From contig DAOORA010000037.1 of NCBI GenBank assembly GCA_035389045.1, positions 1 through 40,284 of the forward strand: a DNA stretch of 40,284 nt. The letters run 5' to 3'. The notes under the pieces are model-generated. The model was not told the DNA's origin. It searched no databases and saw only the letters and a list, made by a program, of their open reading frames with translations. How positions within the stretch are numbered: position 1 is the stretch's first letter; every line of letters begins with the position of its first letter. Source of the stretch: Bacteroidales bacterium (lineage in GTDB: Bacteria; Bacteroidota; Bacteroidia; Bacteroidales; CAIWKO01). A program made the translations under genes and the position numbers. Positions 16,633 to 26,489 of the stretch are shown here, piece by piece.

Positions 16633-16970
16633 ATAAAATCAAGGGTTTCAGAGTTTCTGAAATCCTTTTTTGTTTTCAGGGTAACACAATGTTGTATACA
16701 AATTTTAAAATATGACGCGGTGGGCTGGCGTATCCCGGCCGAGGCGCCGGGAGGGTCGGAAGTTCTCCGCCGGCTGGCGGATCGCCCCGACCAATAAAGA
16801 TAAGGGTTTCAGAGTTTCTGAAATCCTTTTTTGTTTGGAGGGTAACACAATGTTGTACACAAATTTTAAAATATGACGCAGTGGGCTGGCGTATCCCGGC
16901 CGAGGCGCCGGGAGGGTCGGAAGTTCTCCGCTGCTAATAAAATCAAGGGGTTCAGAGTTTCTAAAATTCA
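16600..16970 (+). repeat. Tandem 153-161 bp repeat (about 2.4 copies) of decayed tRNA-Pro 3' end plus terminator plus flank
   Basis: GGGTCGGAAGTTC at 16600, 16753 and 16914, each followed by AATAAA..AAGGG(T/G)TTCAGAGTTTCT; GGGTAACACAATGTTGTA..CCCGGCCGAGGCGCCGGG occurs twice. Confidence 0.9.
16641..16677 (+). terminator. Intrinsic terminator-like hairpin after the tRNA fragment (repeated at about 16802-16836)
   Basis: AAGGGTTTCAGA-GTT-TCTGAAATCCTT followed by a T run. Confidence 0.65.
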
Positions 16971-17142
16971 TTTCCGGGGGGTCAAGCAAAAGCTCAATAT
17001 TTACTGCAAGTATTACTTTTCTGACGGAACAGATAAGTAAAAATACTCTGTGCCATAGGCACAATAAGATTTTCAAGGATTATAGTGATCGATTATTCAT
17101 TGTCAACAAACTACAATTACAAAAAGTTGTTTGTCTGAAAAC

Positions 17143-17177
17143 TAATAAGCCTGAATACATGATATTCAGGCTTATTA
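17143..17177 (-). terminator. Hairpin terminator downstream of the 1334-aa gene
   Basis: Perfect 15-bp inverted repeat TAATAAGCCTGAATA-catga-TATTCAGGCTTATTA about 46 nt past the stop. Confidence 0.7.
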
Positions 17178-17223
17178 ATAAAAGATAAAAATTATTTTTC
17201 AACGACGGGACATCCCCGCAAAC

Positions 17224-20200
17224 TTATCGTATCATCTTCAGCACAGCATGTTCAGACCTTTGCGAACTCTCAAATCCGAGTTTGAAAGTATACATGCCTT
17301 CCGGCCAGTCCTTTCCTGAAAATTCAACCTTATGAGCGCCCTGAAGTTGCGATTCGTTAACCAGTGTGGTAACCAGTTCACCAATAGCATTGTATACGTT
17401 CAGCACCACTTTTCCGCTTTCAGGCAGGCTGTATGACAAAGAAGTTTCCCCATTGAACGGATTCGGATATCCGGATATTTCCATCCCGGATTCAATGTCA
17501 GCGCTCTGTACCAGAACTTTTGGCATCAGCAGGTATACATCTTGACCTTCTGTTCCATACTGGTCAGCCATCACACCCGTACCGTACATTTCAAATTGAA
17601 GTTCTCCCGGTCTTTGCATATGGACAGAACGGAAAGCAAGAACGATCACCTGTTCACCGGCTTCCACATCAAAATGGTTTGTGGTTGCATACACCACCCT
17701 GATTACGCCTTGCTCATCGGTTACCAGCAGGTCGTTATCTTTGGCAATGATTTCTTCTAAGGTTGGGTTAATCTTTTCCATATTCCCTTTTTCGGACTTA
17801 TTGGGCAGATAGGCGCCCACAAGTTCAAAATCATTGTCCGGATAAGTCAGCTCCAGGCTCATAGCAGAAAAGTCGTTTATAGCATCGCTGATACGCAAAG
17901 GAATTTCAAAATAGGCCGGATTGGTAGTGGAAATATACTCATCAGCTACCGTAATAATATTTTCAGGATAAGACTTAGTCATGTTCCAGTTAACCACCGA
18001 ATCACGGTATTTGGTGCTGGAAGCATTATAATCACCGTAACAGATTGTTTTCAGATCAATGGTAAGGTTCGCACCGTTGACCGTAACCGAAGTATCCAAT
18101 GCCACCCAGTTGCCTTTGGGGAAATTTTTACTTACATTATAGGGTGATCCTACTTTTGCCTTGATTCTTGAAATATCGATAGCATTTATTGATGCGTTAT
18201 TATCAACATTAGCTGCTTTTCTGTATTTGGGATAAAAATTTCTGGACGGATCATTCAGGGTATCACTGCCGATATAGTATTTTATCAGGGCCAGGTCAAT
18301 AGCATTGACATCATTACCCCATTGCATGGTATCTAATGTGTATTTGTCATAAGATAATATATAGCTGCCGTTGGCAACGCCGGTGAACTGGTAAACGCCT
18401 GAAACATCGCTGGTATCTCTGGCCACTTCTGTTCCTCCGGGATTATTCTTTAAGATAACAATAACATTATCGATGTTATATATAACAGAGTTGTATGTTG
18501 CCGGATTAGGTGCAGGGGAGCCATTGATGGCTTTACCGGTATAACGGGTTTTTCCGCTGATGGTATAGCCGGTACCTGTAACAGTGAGGATGCCTGAAAC
18601 ATTGGTTGTGCCGTTCCAGAATCCTGCATTATAACCACCGTAGTAATAAGAGCCGTTACCTAATTTGAAACGGCTGGCATAATAATATACTCCAGCAGGA
18701 AGTGTGCTTCCGATATTGGCTTTATACTCATCATTATTTCCGTCATCGGCATTATAGGTGGCAGCGACCCAGTTTGTCCAGGTATTGGGGTTGGTATTGG
18801 CTGTATTATAACCGATCCAGGCCTGTATACCGGCGCCCTGCCCTGCCACATCGGTAACACCGGGTGCATAAACTCTGGAATACACATCATACGTACTCCC
18901 CGCTGCTATAGTATCTGCTTCAGGCCACTGTACATTGCACCAGTTTATGGTTAAATGGTTCACCGTCACTATACCCGAAACAGACGTGATCCCATTCCAG
19001 AAACCTGAATTATACCCGCCGTAGAAATAGGTTCCGCCATTGAGTTGAAACCGGCTTGCGTAATAAATTACGCCTGCAGGCAGTGAAGTTCCGATATTAG
19101 CGATATATTCATCATTATTACCGGCATCGAGATTAAATGTTGCAGGAATCCAGTTGATCCAGGTGCCTGGATGGGTATTTAAAGAACTATATCCTATCCA
19201 TGCCTGAATGCCGGCACCCTGGCCTATGGTGTCGGTAATGCCCGGTGCGTAAACCTGTGCATACACGTTAAAAGCAGCTCCTTCGACTATGGTATCGGCT
19301 GACGGCCATTGTATGTTGCACCATGTTATTTCGTTTACGGTCAATACACCTGATTTATTGGTTGTTCCATCCCATAATCCGGCATTATATCCACCATAAA
19401 AATAAGCACCGCTGTTCAATTTGAAACGGCTGGCATAATAATACAACCCGGAAGGAAGTGCAGCGCCTATATTTGCTTTGTATTCATCATTATTTCCGGC
19501 ATCTGCATAAAAGTTTGCAGGGAGCCAGTTGGTCCAAGTATCCGGATTTGTATTGGAGGTACTGTATCCGATCCACGCCTGAATACCGGTACCTTGTCCG
19601 GCCGCATCAGTAATTCCCTCTGCATAAACACGGGCATAGACGTCGATGGAGCCGCCTACCGTAATGGTATCAGCCGCAGGCCATTGTACATTACACCAGG
19701 AAATTACTCCGCTGTTCACTTTCAACGACCCGGAAACATTGGTTGTCCCGTCCCAGAAACCTGAATTGAATCCGCCATAATAGTATGCTCCGCTGCCCAG
19801 CTGAAAACGACTGGCATAAAAGTATGTTCCGGCAGGTAAGGTACTTCCAATATTTGCATTATATTCATCATTATTACCTTCATCGGCATAATAGGTCGCA
19901 GGAACCCAGTTTGTCCATGTATTGGGGTTGGTATTGGTGTCGCTGTAGCCGATCCAGGCCTGTATGCCGGCGCCCTGTCCTACAGTGTCGGTAAGACCGG
20001 GAGCATAAACACGGGCATACACATTATATGTTCCGCCTGCCAGAATAGTATCTGAAGCAGGCCACTGGAGATTACACCAGGTGATATCATTAACCGTCAG
20101 CACACCGGAAAGATTGGTCGTGCCATTCCAGTATCCTGAATTATAACCGCCATAGCAATACGAGCCGCTCCCTAATTTAAAGCGACTGGCATAATAATAG

Positions 20201-21228
20201 ATTCCTGCAGGAAGTGAACTTCCGATATTGGCTTTATATTCGTCGTTATTCCCGATGTCCCCGGTATAGCTGGCCGGTATCCAGTTTGTCCATGTATCAG
20301 GGTTGGTATTGGTGGTGCTATAGCCTATCCAGGCCTGAATACCGGCGCCCTGCCCGATGGTATCAGTAATGCCCTGCGCAAAAACCTGTGCAAAGACATC
20401 ATAAGATGATCCGGTTGTTATAGTGTCTGCTGCGGGCCATTGCAAATTACACCAGGTGATTTCAGGCACATAAGTAACAGTATATGAATAATTTGAATTA
20501 GAATTATTATTCAGTCGTAAGGTATAATAATCTACTGAAGAACTTTCGACAGTTGATTGATTGGAGGTCAAAACATAATAAGAAACCTGTATGCCGGCTG
20601 CCAGACCGGGAATCACAGCAGTACCCTGAAAACTGGCATTGAATGAAGGAATTTCAATAAAATTTGATGTTACCCATTGATCTGTGGTGTATCTGATAAA
20701 AACTTTTTCATTAGCATTTTTCGCACCGCTTAGCGTTACCGTAATAGTGACATCCTGCATGGGCGCTACATCGGGCGCCGGCGATTGTGATACCGTCGTG
20801 ATATCAACAGGATTATAGGATGTTTCCAGGATGGACATATCATTGTTGGAGGTAGCATTCTTGCCGACAATCAGCGTATAGTAATAATTTAACTGCACTG
20901 AGCAGGTCAGGTTGGCATCCCAGCCGCCGGAAACATAATAAAAAGCCCCGCCACTGATCTTTTGATTTAATGGCCGCTGATAATCTGTTGTAGAACCACA
21001 CCACTTTGGAGTATAAACATCAACAGCCGTATTGAATAAAAATTGAATTGTTGTGGTAATGGGCGCCTGAACATTTCCGGACATCGTCACTCCACGGTCT
21101 GCCAATGCAGCATCCCCCCACATTCCCATCGCACCGATATGTGCATTTGACGGTTGACTAAATGAAATTTTACCTGTCAGCAGCAACAGGAAAATTAACA
21201 AAGAAAGCATTTTAATGTACTTTTTCAT
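17224..21228 (-). CDS. T9SS-secreted protein with five tandem ~125-aa repeats and dockerin-like/cohesin-like tail
   Basis: Signal peptide; 5 x WCN(L/V/I)QWP..GQGxGIQAWIGY..GNNDEY..YYASRF; twin NAID motifs; C-terminal YPNPF..VYNAIGELV (T9SS type A CTD). Confidence 0.88.
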   Translation of the reverse strand: MKKYIKMLSLLIFLLLLTGKISFSQPSNAHIGAMGMWGDAALADRGVTMSGNVQAPITTTIQFLFNTAVDVYTPKWCGSTTDYQRPLNQKISGGAFYYVSGGWDANLTCSVQLNYYYTLIVGKNATSNNDMSILETSYNPVDITTVSQSPAPDVAPMQDVTITVTLSGAKNANEKVFIRYTTDQWVTSNFIEIPSFNASFQGTAVIPGLAAGIQVSYYVLTSNQSTVESSSVDYYTLRLNNNSNSNYSYTVTYVPEITWCNLQWPAADTITTGSSYDVFAQVFAQGITDTIGQGAGIQAWIGYSTTNTNPDTWTNWIPASYTGDIGNNDEYKANIGSSLPAGIYYYASRFKLGSGSYCYGGYNSGYWNGTTNLSGVLTVNDITWCNLQWPASDTILAGGTYNVYARVYAPGLTDTVGQGAGIQAWIGYSDTNTNPNTWTNWVPATYYADEGNNDEYNANIGSTLPAGTYFYASRFQLGSGAYYYGGFNSGFWDGTTNVSGSLKVNSGVISWCNVQWPAADTITVGGSIDVYARVYAEGITDAAGQGTGIQAWIGYSTSNTNPDTWTNWLPANFYADAGNNDEYKANIGAALPSGLYYYASRFKLNSGAYFYGGYNAGLWDGTTNKSGVLTVNEITWCNIQWPSADTIVEGAAFNVYAQVYAPGITDTIGQGAGIQAWIGYSSLNTHPGTWINWIPATFNLDAGNNDEYIANIGTSLPAGVIYYASRFQLNGGTYFYGGYNSGFWNGITSVSGIVTVNHLTINWCNVQWPEADTIAAGSTYDVYSRVYAPGVTDVAGQGAGIQAWIGYNTANTNPNTWTNWVAATYNADDGNNDEYKANIGSTLPAGVYYYASRFKLGNGSYYYGGYNAGFWNGTTNVSGILTVTGTGYTISGKTRYTGKAINGSPAPNPATYNSVIYNIDNVIVILKNNPGGTEVARDTSDVSGVYQFTGVANGSYILSYDKYTLDTMQWGNDVNAIDLALIKYYIGSDTLNDPSRNFYPKYRKAANVDNNASINAIDISRIKAKVGSPYNVSKNFPKGNWVALDTSVTVNGANLTIDLKTICYGDYNASSTKYRDSVVNWNMTKSYPENIITVADEYISTTNPAYFEIPLRISDAINDFSAMSLELTYPDNDFELVGAYLPNKSEKGNMEKINPTLEEIIAKDNDLLVTDEQGVIRVVYATTNHFDVEAGEQVIVLAFRSVHMQRPGELQFEMYGTGVMADQYGTEGQDVYLLMPKVLVQSADIESGMEISGYPNPFNGETSLSYSLPESGKVVLNVYNAIGELVTTLVNESQLQGAHKVEFSGKDWPEGMYTFKLGFESSQRSEHAVLKMIR
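18575..20463 (-). repeat. Five intragenic tandem repeats of about 375-385 bp
   Basis: Five WCNxQWP-initiated units in the translation, with matching recurrent DNA (e.g. atccaggcctg, ctggcataataata). Boundaries are approximate. Confidence 0.85.
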
Positions 21229-21620
21229 CTGGTTTGTTTTTAGTTAGTAGAATTATTTTGATATTATAAGTAAAAATCTGTCGCCATTCAATTTCACAAA
21301 AATAAAACTTTGATATGAAAATCAAAAGATATTGCACAGAAAAAAGTCAATTATTTATTACATATCATTGTTTATTATATTTTTGATTCCCCCGCATACA
21401 TTTCATATTGTTGAAAATACAGATGTGAAAAACAATACGGAATAAAATTAACAATGATAAATAGGAATTTAATATTTTCATTCAGTGTACAACATCATAG
21501 AATAGAATCATACATTCACAACCGTATTTCAATGACACCAAAGGCCATAAAAAACACAATAAATCTCAGGTGAAAATTTGTATCAATATTATCAGTAAAG
21601 TATCTGCAGCGCGCCATTGA

Positions 21621-22700
21621 TTAATGGACACAGCCGCAATAGCACCATATCGGTGAAGAAATTGCTTCATTACCATCGGCCTCAGTAACGATAACATAAA
21701 AATAATCGCCGTTATCACAGGTGAGTGTCTGCGTTATGTTTACTGTGGCCGTATTCGGCGACCAGGTGTTGACAACAACCCCGTTCTTAAGAAGTTTTAC
21801 CGTCGAAAAAATTTCACCATCCTGATCCGTGGCCTGTATCTGCATGGGGAGATTACCGGTCTTCACCGTAGAACCCATCTCACTGTTATTTATCATGAAA
21901 GACAGCGCGATATTTTTATCCATGGTGCTGAAGAATCTTCTTGCCCGCATGGCTTCCAACAAATCATTACGCGTTAACCTGTTTGCCAGGATGGCCATAC
22001 GGTAATCATTTTTTGTACCCCATGTTGCAGAATGGTCATCTCCTGCACCTGTGGCGCCCAAAACCCAGCCATTAGTAAGGGCTTCATCAAAGTCGCCTTT
22101 GCCATCACCAATAATGTATCCATCATTGTAATAATGAACATCAAAACCATCATTGGAATTCCACAATTCCATGCCTACGATCTGCTTACAGGGCGGAGTG
22201 GTTGAATTGTAACTATACTGCCCATGGTTTGCATATTTATTGGGATGATTAAAAAATGCCACAAGGCTGCTTCTGGCATTCAACCAGGAAACAAGGTCAT
22301 CAAACGATGTGGTCACCTGATTGGTGGTGAAATCATCAGAATTTATTATGGTAATGTGGCCAATGCCAATCTGGCTTGACCATTCAAAGCCGTAAAAAGC
22401 CGCAAAAACGCCATCCTCATTATATGCATTTGCCTGGGCTTTGACATCATCATATTCTGTACTTGATAAATAAACAGAGGAGTTCAAATAATCATGATCT
22501 GCCAGGCTGAAAAAATCCAGTCCTGCCGTGTTCTTTGCATAATCGTAGGCCTGGGCAGGGGTACCCGTACCGTCAGAATAGCTGGTATGATTATGCAGAT
22601 GCCCGTAATAAACATTGGATCCTCCAATATGCGGCTGACCTGCAACGTTTATGGAAAACAAAACAAATAATACTGCAAATATTGGGTTAATATGCTTCAT
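21621..22700 (-). CDS. Secreted PHP-domain metallohydrolase (CehA/McbA-like)
   Basis: YYGHLHNHTSYSDG, SLADH, GFEW, GH, FNHP, GDDH. Signal peptide from ATG 22700; TATATTTG promoter at 22728-22735 supports this start. Confidence 0.85.
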   Translation of the reverse strand: MKHINPIFAVLFVLFSINVAGQPHIGGSNVYYGHLHNHTSYSDGTGTPAQAYDYAKNTAGLDFFSLADHDYLNSSVYLSSTEYDDVKAQANAYNEDGVFAAFYGFEWSSQIGIGHITIINSDDFTTNQVTTSFDDLVSWLNARSSLVAFFNHPNKYANHGQYSYNSTTPPCKQIVGMELWNSNDGFDVHYYNDGYIIGDGKGDFDEALTNGWVLGATGAGDDHSATWGTKNDYRMAILANRLTRNDLLEAMRARRFFSTMDKNIALSFMINNSEMGSTVKTGNLPMQIQATDQDGEIFSTVKLLKNGVVVNTWSPNTATVNITQTLTCDNGDYFYVIVTEADGNEAISSPIWCYCGCVH

Positions 22701-23216
22701 AAGATAAAAGTATTTCAAACAGAAATGCAAATATACATAAATAATTATCGATAGTCAATAAAAAATTATTTTTAGTTTTAACAAAATATTTATACAACAA
22801 ACAACACAAAATAAGGCTGTCGATGTCATAAAAAGGAGTACTTATCCATTAAGAAAAACAATTTTTTGAAAAACCTGACATAGTGTCATTAACCTTGTTT
22901 GAAGAAAAAATGGCACTGAAATTAATTTGCCTTTTAGGTTCCAATAAAAAACTGACAGTTGTTCTAAAGAGGAAACTGATGAATAGCGGATAATCAAAAT
23001 ATTTATTCTAAAATAATATATTTTTTGTCACCATAATAAAATAATCAACTTAAACATACTGACAGCTATTGAAATGGTATACTTTTAGTAAATCATCCTC
23101 CGGTGAAATCGTGTTGTATTATTTTTACTACTTTGACTACGGACAGTTTTTTATTTAAATTTGTAATTTTTCAGTTTTATCAACGTTTTTATGGTTTTAT
23201 CAACAATCTGTCATTA

Positions 23217-25589
23217 ATGAAAAAATATATATTAATAATTATCGTATTATTTCTCTTTTCAGCAAGTATTGCCGGGCAGGTATTTGCACAGAAATATACG
23301 ATCAGCGGATATGTCAAGGACAACACCACCGGAGAGTTTCTCATTGGTTCCAATGTTTACCTGAAAGAACTGATGAAGGGAACTTCAACCAATACCTACG
23401 GCTTTTATTCCATCACCGTTGAAAAAGGAGACTACAATCTGAGCGCTACTTTTGTAGGCTACAAGGATTTTGTTCAAAAAATCACACTGGACAAAAATAT
23501 CAAGTTAAATATCAGCCTCGAACCAAGTATTATAACTACCTCAGAGGTAGTTATCTCGGGTGAACGTGAAGATAAGAACATTCAGAGCGCAGAAGTGGGC
23601 CGGGTGGAAATACCGATTGAGAAAATTAAAAAACTGCCAGCCCTATTGGGTGAGGTTGATATTATCAAAGCCATACAGCTTACTCCCGGGATACAAGCCG
23701 CAGGAGAAGGCAACACCGGATTTTATGTAAGAGGCGGCGGACCCGACCAGAACCTTATCCTGCTCGATGAAGCCGTCGTGTACAACGCCTCACACCTGCT
23801 CGGATTTTTCTCAGTCTTCAATGCCGACGCTTTGAAGAATGTGGAGATGATAAAAGCCGGAATGCCAGCCAACTACGGCGGGCGCCTTGCATCGGTGCTC
23901 GATATTTCAATGAAAGAAGGAAATAACAAAAAATTTGAATTCGACGGCGGTATTGGATTGATTTCATCACGGCTGACGGTACAGGGGCCAATTAAAAAAG
24001 AAAAATCTTCATTTATTGTTTCAGGACGACGCACTTACCTCGATCTTATCATGCAGCCTTTCCTGAAAAAAGATTCCCCTTTTAAAAATGGCGGCTATTA
24101 TTTTTATGATATCAACGCAAAAGTCAACTATTATTTTTCTGATAAAGACCGGCTTTTTCTGAGCGGGTATTTCGGCAAGGATGTGTTTACTCTAAAAGGA
24201 GGTGAAACATTTTCGAATAAAATTGACTGGGGAAATGCCACTGCAACCATCAGGTGGAACCATCTTTTCAACGACAAACTATTTCTGAACACCACTCTGA
24301 TCTTCAGTGATTATAAATTCAATATGGGCGCTGAACAAAACTTTTATGAGATGAAACTTCACTCCGGTATCACAGATTACAGCGCTAAACTGGATTTTTC
24401 ATACCTCCCCTCCATCCGTCATAATATTAAGTTTGGAGGTTTGTATACGTATCATATCCTGATGCCTAACAGCGCTTCGGCACGTTCGGACACCACCGAA
24501 TTCGACCTGGGGGGCACAGTCAAACTGTATTCCCATGAAGCAGCAATCTTCATCACCGATGATTTCGATCTGTCAGAAAGAATCAAGATCAGCGGTGGAT
24601 TGAGATATTCCATGTTTTTCCATACGGGCCCTTTTGACCGGTATACGGTGAACGAAACAGGAATAATTAATGATACGACCTCTTATAAGACTGGCGAACT
24701 GATAAAAATGTATCATGGACTGGAACCCCGGCTCGCTGTAAAATTCGGTGTTGACGCACAATCATCCATCAAGGCATCTTTCACCATGAATTACCAGTAC
24801 ATCCATATGGCATCTTATACGTCAGTTTCATTGCCGACCGATATCTGGGTTCCAAGTTCATCACTGGTAAAACCGCAGATCGGTTTTCAATATTCACTTG
24901 GTTATTTCAGGAATTTCTATAAGAATATGTGGGAGACATCCTTTGAGATATATTACAAAAACATGCGCAACCAGATTGAATTCAAGGAAGGGGTTTCTGC
25001 AACCGACAACCTTAAAAATAATACGGACAACAACTTTACTTATGGCAAAGGCTGGTCATACGGGGGGGAGCTTTTCATAAAAAAACGCCTGGGTAAAACC
25101 ACAGGCTGGATCGGCTACACCATATCATGGACCCAGCGTAAATTTCCTGAAATCAACGGAGGAAAAACGTATCCTGCAAAATATGACCGCCGGCATGACA
25201 TTTCGGTTGTTGTATCGCAGCAGTTAGGCAAAAGATGGTCTATTTCAGGAGTATGGGTGTACGCTACCGGTAATGCCATGACCTTACCCCTGTCAAGATA
25301 TTTCTTATCAGGCAGCATTGTCAACGAGTACAGCGAACGCAATGCCTTCCGCATGCCTGCCTATCACAGGCTCGATATTTCAGCCACATTTTCAAGTAAA
25401 GATAAACCCGGAAAAAAATTCCACTGGGATCTGAATTTTGGTGTCTATAATGTTTACAGCCGCATGAACCCCTATTATATTTACTTCGAAACAACAGGGG
25501 ACATCGCCACATTGAACCTGAAAACCGTGGCGAAACAGGTCTCGCTGTTCCCAATCATACCATCCATTACATGGAATTTTAAATTTTAA
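23217..25589 (+). CDS. TonB-dependent outer membrane receptor
   Basis: Signal peptide, CarboxypepD_reg-like N-terminus, plug (LPALLGEVD, YVRGGGPDQNLILLD, YGGRLASVLD), terminal WNFKF. TAAATTTG promoter at 23156-23163. Confidence 0.95.
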   Translation: MKKYILIIIVLFLFSASIAGQVFAQKYTISGYVKDNTTGEFLIGSNVYLKELMKGTSTNTYGFYSITVEKGDYNLSATFVGYKDFVQKITLDKNIKLNISLEPSIITTSEVVISGEREDKNIQSAEVGRVEIPIEKIKKLPALLGEVDIIKAIQLTPGIQAAGEGNTGFYVRGGGPDQNLILLDEAVVYNASHLLGFFSVFNADALKNVEMIKAGMPANYGGRLASVLDISMKEGNNKKFEFDGGIGLISSRLTVQGPIKKEKSSFIVSGRRTYLDLIMQPFLKKDSPFKNGGYYFYDINAKVNYYFSDKDRLFLSGYFGKDVFTLKGGETFSNKIDWGNATATIRWNHLFNDKLFLNTTLIFSDYKFNMGAEQNFYEMKLHSGITDYSAKLDFSYLPSIRHNIKFGGLYTYHILMPNSASARSDTTEFDLGGTVKLYSHEAAIFITDDFDLSERIKISGGLRYSMFFHTGPFDRYTVNETGIINDTTSYKTGELIKMYHGLEPRLAVKFGVDAQSSIKASFTMNYQYIHMASYTSVSLPTDIWVPSSSLVKPQIGFQYSLGYFRNFYKNMWETSFEIYYKNMRNQIEFKEGVSATDNLKNNTDNNFTYGKGWSYGGELFIKKRLGKTTGWIGYTISWTQRKFPEINGGKTYPAKYDRRHDISVVVSQQLGKRWSISGVWVYATGNAMTLPLSRYFLSGSIVNEYSERNAFRMPAYHRLDISATFSSKDKPGKKFHWDLNFGVYNVYSRMNPYYIYFETTGDIATLNLKTVAKQVSLFPIIPSITWNFKF

Positions 25590-25594
25590 CCGCC

Positions 25595-26476
25595 ATGAAA
25601 AAAAGAATATATTATTTATTGATATTATTATTTAGCTCTGCCTTTGCATTTATTTCCTGTGAAAAAGAAATAACAATGGACCTGCCTGAAGAGGAACCCA
25701 AAATTGTTATCGAAGGCTATATTGAAAATGGATTGCCTGCAAGGGTTTCCATAACAAAAAGCGCCCCCTATTTTGATCCGATCGATTCGCTGACATTAAT
25801 CAATTCTATTGTTTCCGATGCACTGGTTATCGTCAGCGACGGTGTAACTTATGACACACTCCAAAAAGACACCATCCTTGCGCTTCCGCCAATAATTTAT
25901 GTCGGGAATAATATCATCGGCGAAATCGGAAAAACATATTACCTGACGGTTGTTGTCGGCGGACAGGCATATACTTCTCAAACCACTATACAACAACCCA
26001 TAGCCTTTGATTCCTTATGGTTTAAACTGTCCCCCGACAATGATACCGTAGGCGACATTTTCGCCCTCGGAACCGATAACGGCGCGGCTTACAATTATTA
26101 TCGTGTTTTTACAAAAAATACCAATATCGATTACGGTTTTGTGCCAATTTTCGAATCGGTATGGGATGATAAATTCTTTAACGGAATGACTTTCACAATT
26201 CAGCTTTATCATGGTATTTCGAGCAATATAACTGAATTATTTGAAGATGACGGCGGCAGGGGCGTTGGTTACAAAGTTGGTGACAAAGTAATAACCAAAC
26301 TTTGTACCATGGACTACGAAAGCTTTAAATTCTGGTCGGCGGCAGAATCTGAGATTGTTTTCGGCAGTAATCCGTTTATGACAACTACCAGCGTACCCAC
26401 CAATATCCAGGGAGGCGCCATCGGATGCTGGACAGGATATTGCGCCACTTACGACAGCATCATTTGTACACCATAA
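25595..26476 (+). CDS. DUF4249-family lipoprotein
   Basis: Lipobox FISC-EKEI, KIVIEGYI, PTNIQGGAIG; directly after the TonB receptor. Confidence 0.85.
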   Translation: MKKRIYYLLILLFSSAFAFISCEKEITMDLPEEEPKIVIEGYIENGLPARVSITKSAPYFDPIDSLTLINSIVSDALVIVSDGVTYDTLQKDTILALPPIIYVGNNIIGEIGKTYYLTVVVGGQAYTSQTTIQQPIAFDSLWFKLSPDNDTVGDIFALGTDNGAAYNYYRVFTKNTNIDYGFVPIFESVWDDKFFNGMTFTIQLYHGISSNITELFEDDGGRGVGYKVGDKVITKLCTMDYESFKFWSAAESEIVFGSNPFMTTTSVPTNIQGGAIGCWTGYCATYDSIICTP

Positions 26477-26489
26477 AAAATATATAGAT

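Noticed and set aside
16600..16970. CRISPR array for the type III system
   Set aside because: Units are 153-161 nt, repeat along their whole length with no unique spacers, and derive from tRNA sequence.
16588..17076. ORFs 16588-16797 (+) and 16705-17076 (-)
   Set aside because: They translate the tRNA-derived repeats and are likely spurious.
22911..22930. Sigma-54 promoter (TGGCAC...)
   Set aside because: The -12 TTGC is not at the required spacing from the GG.
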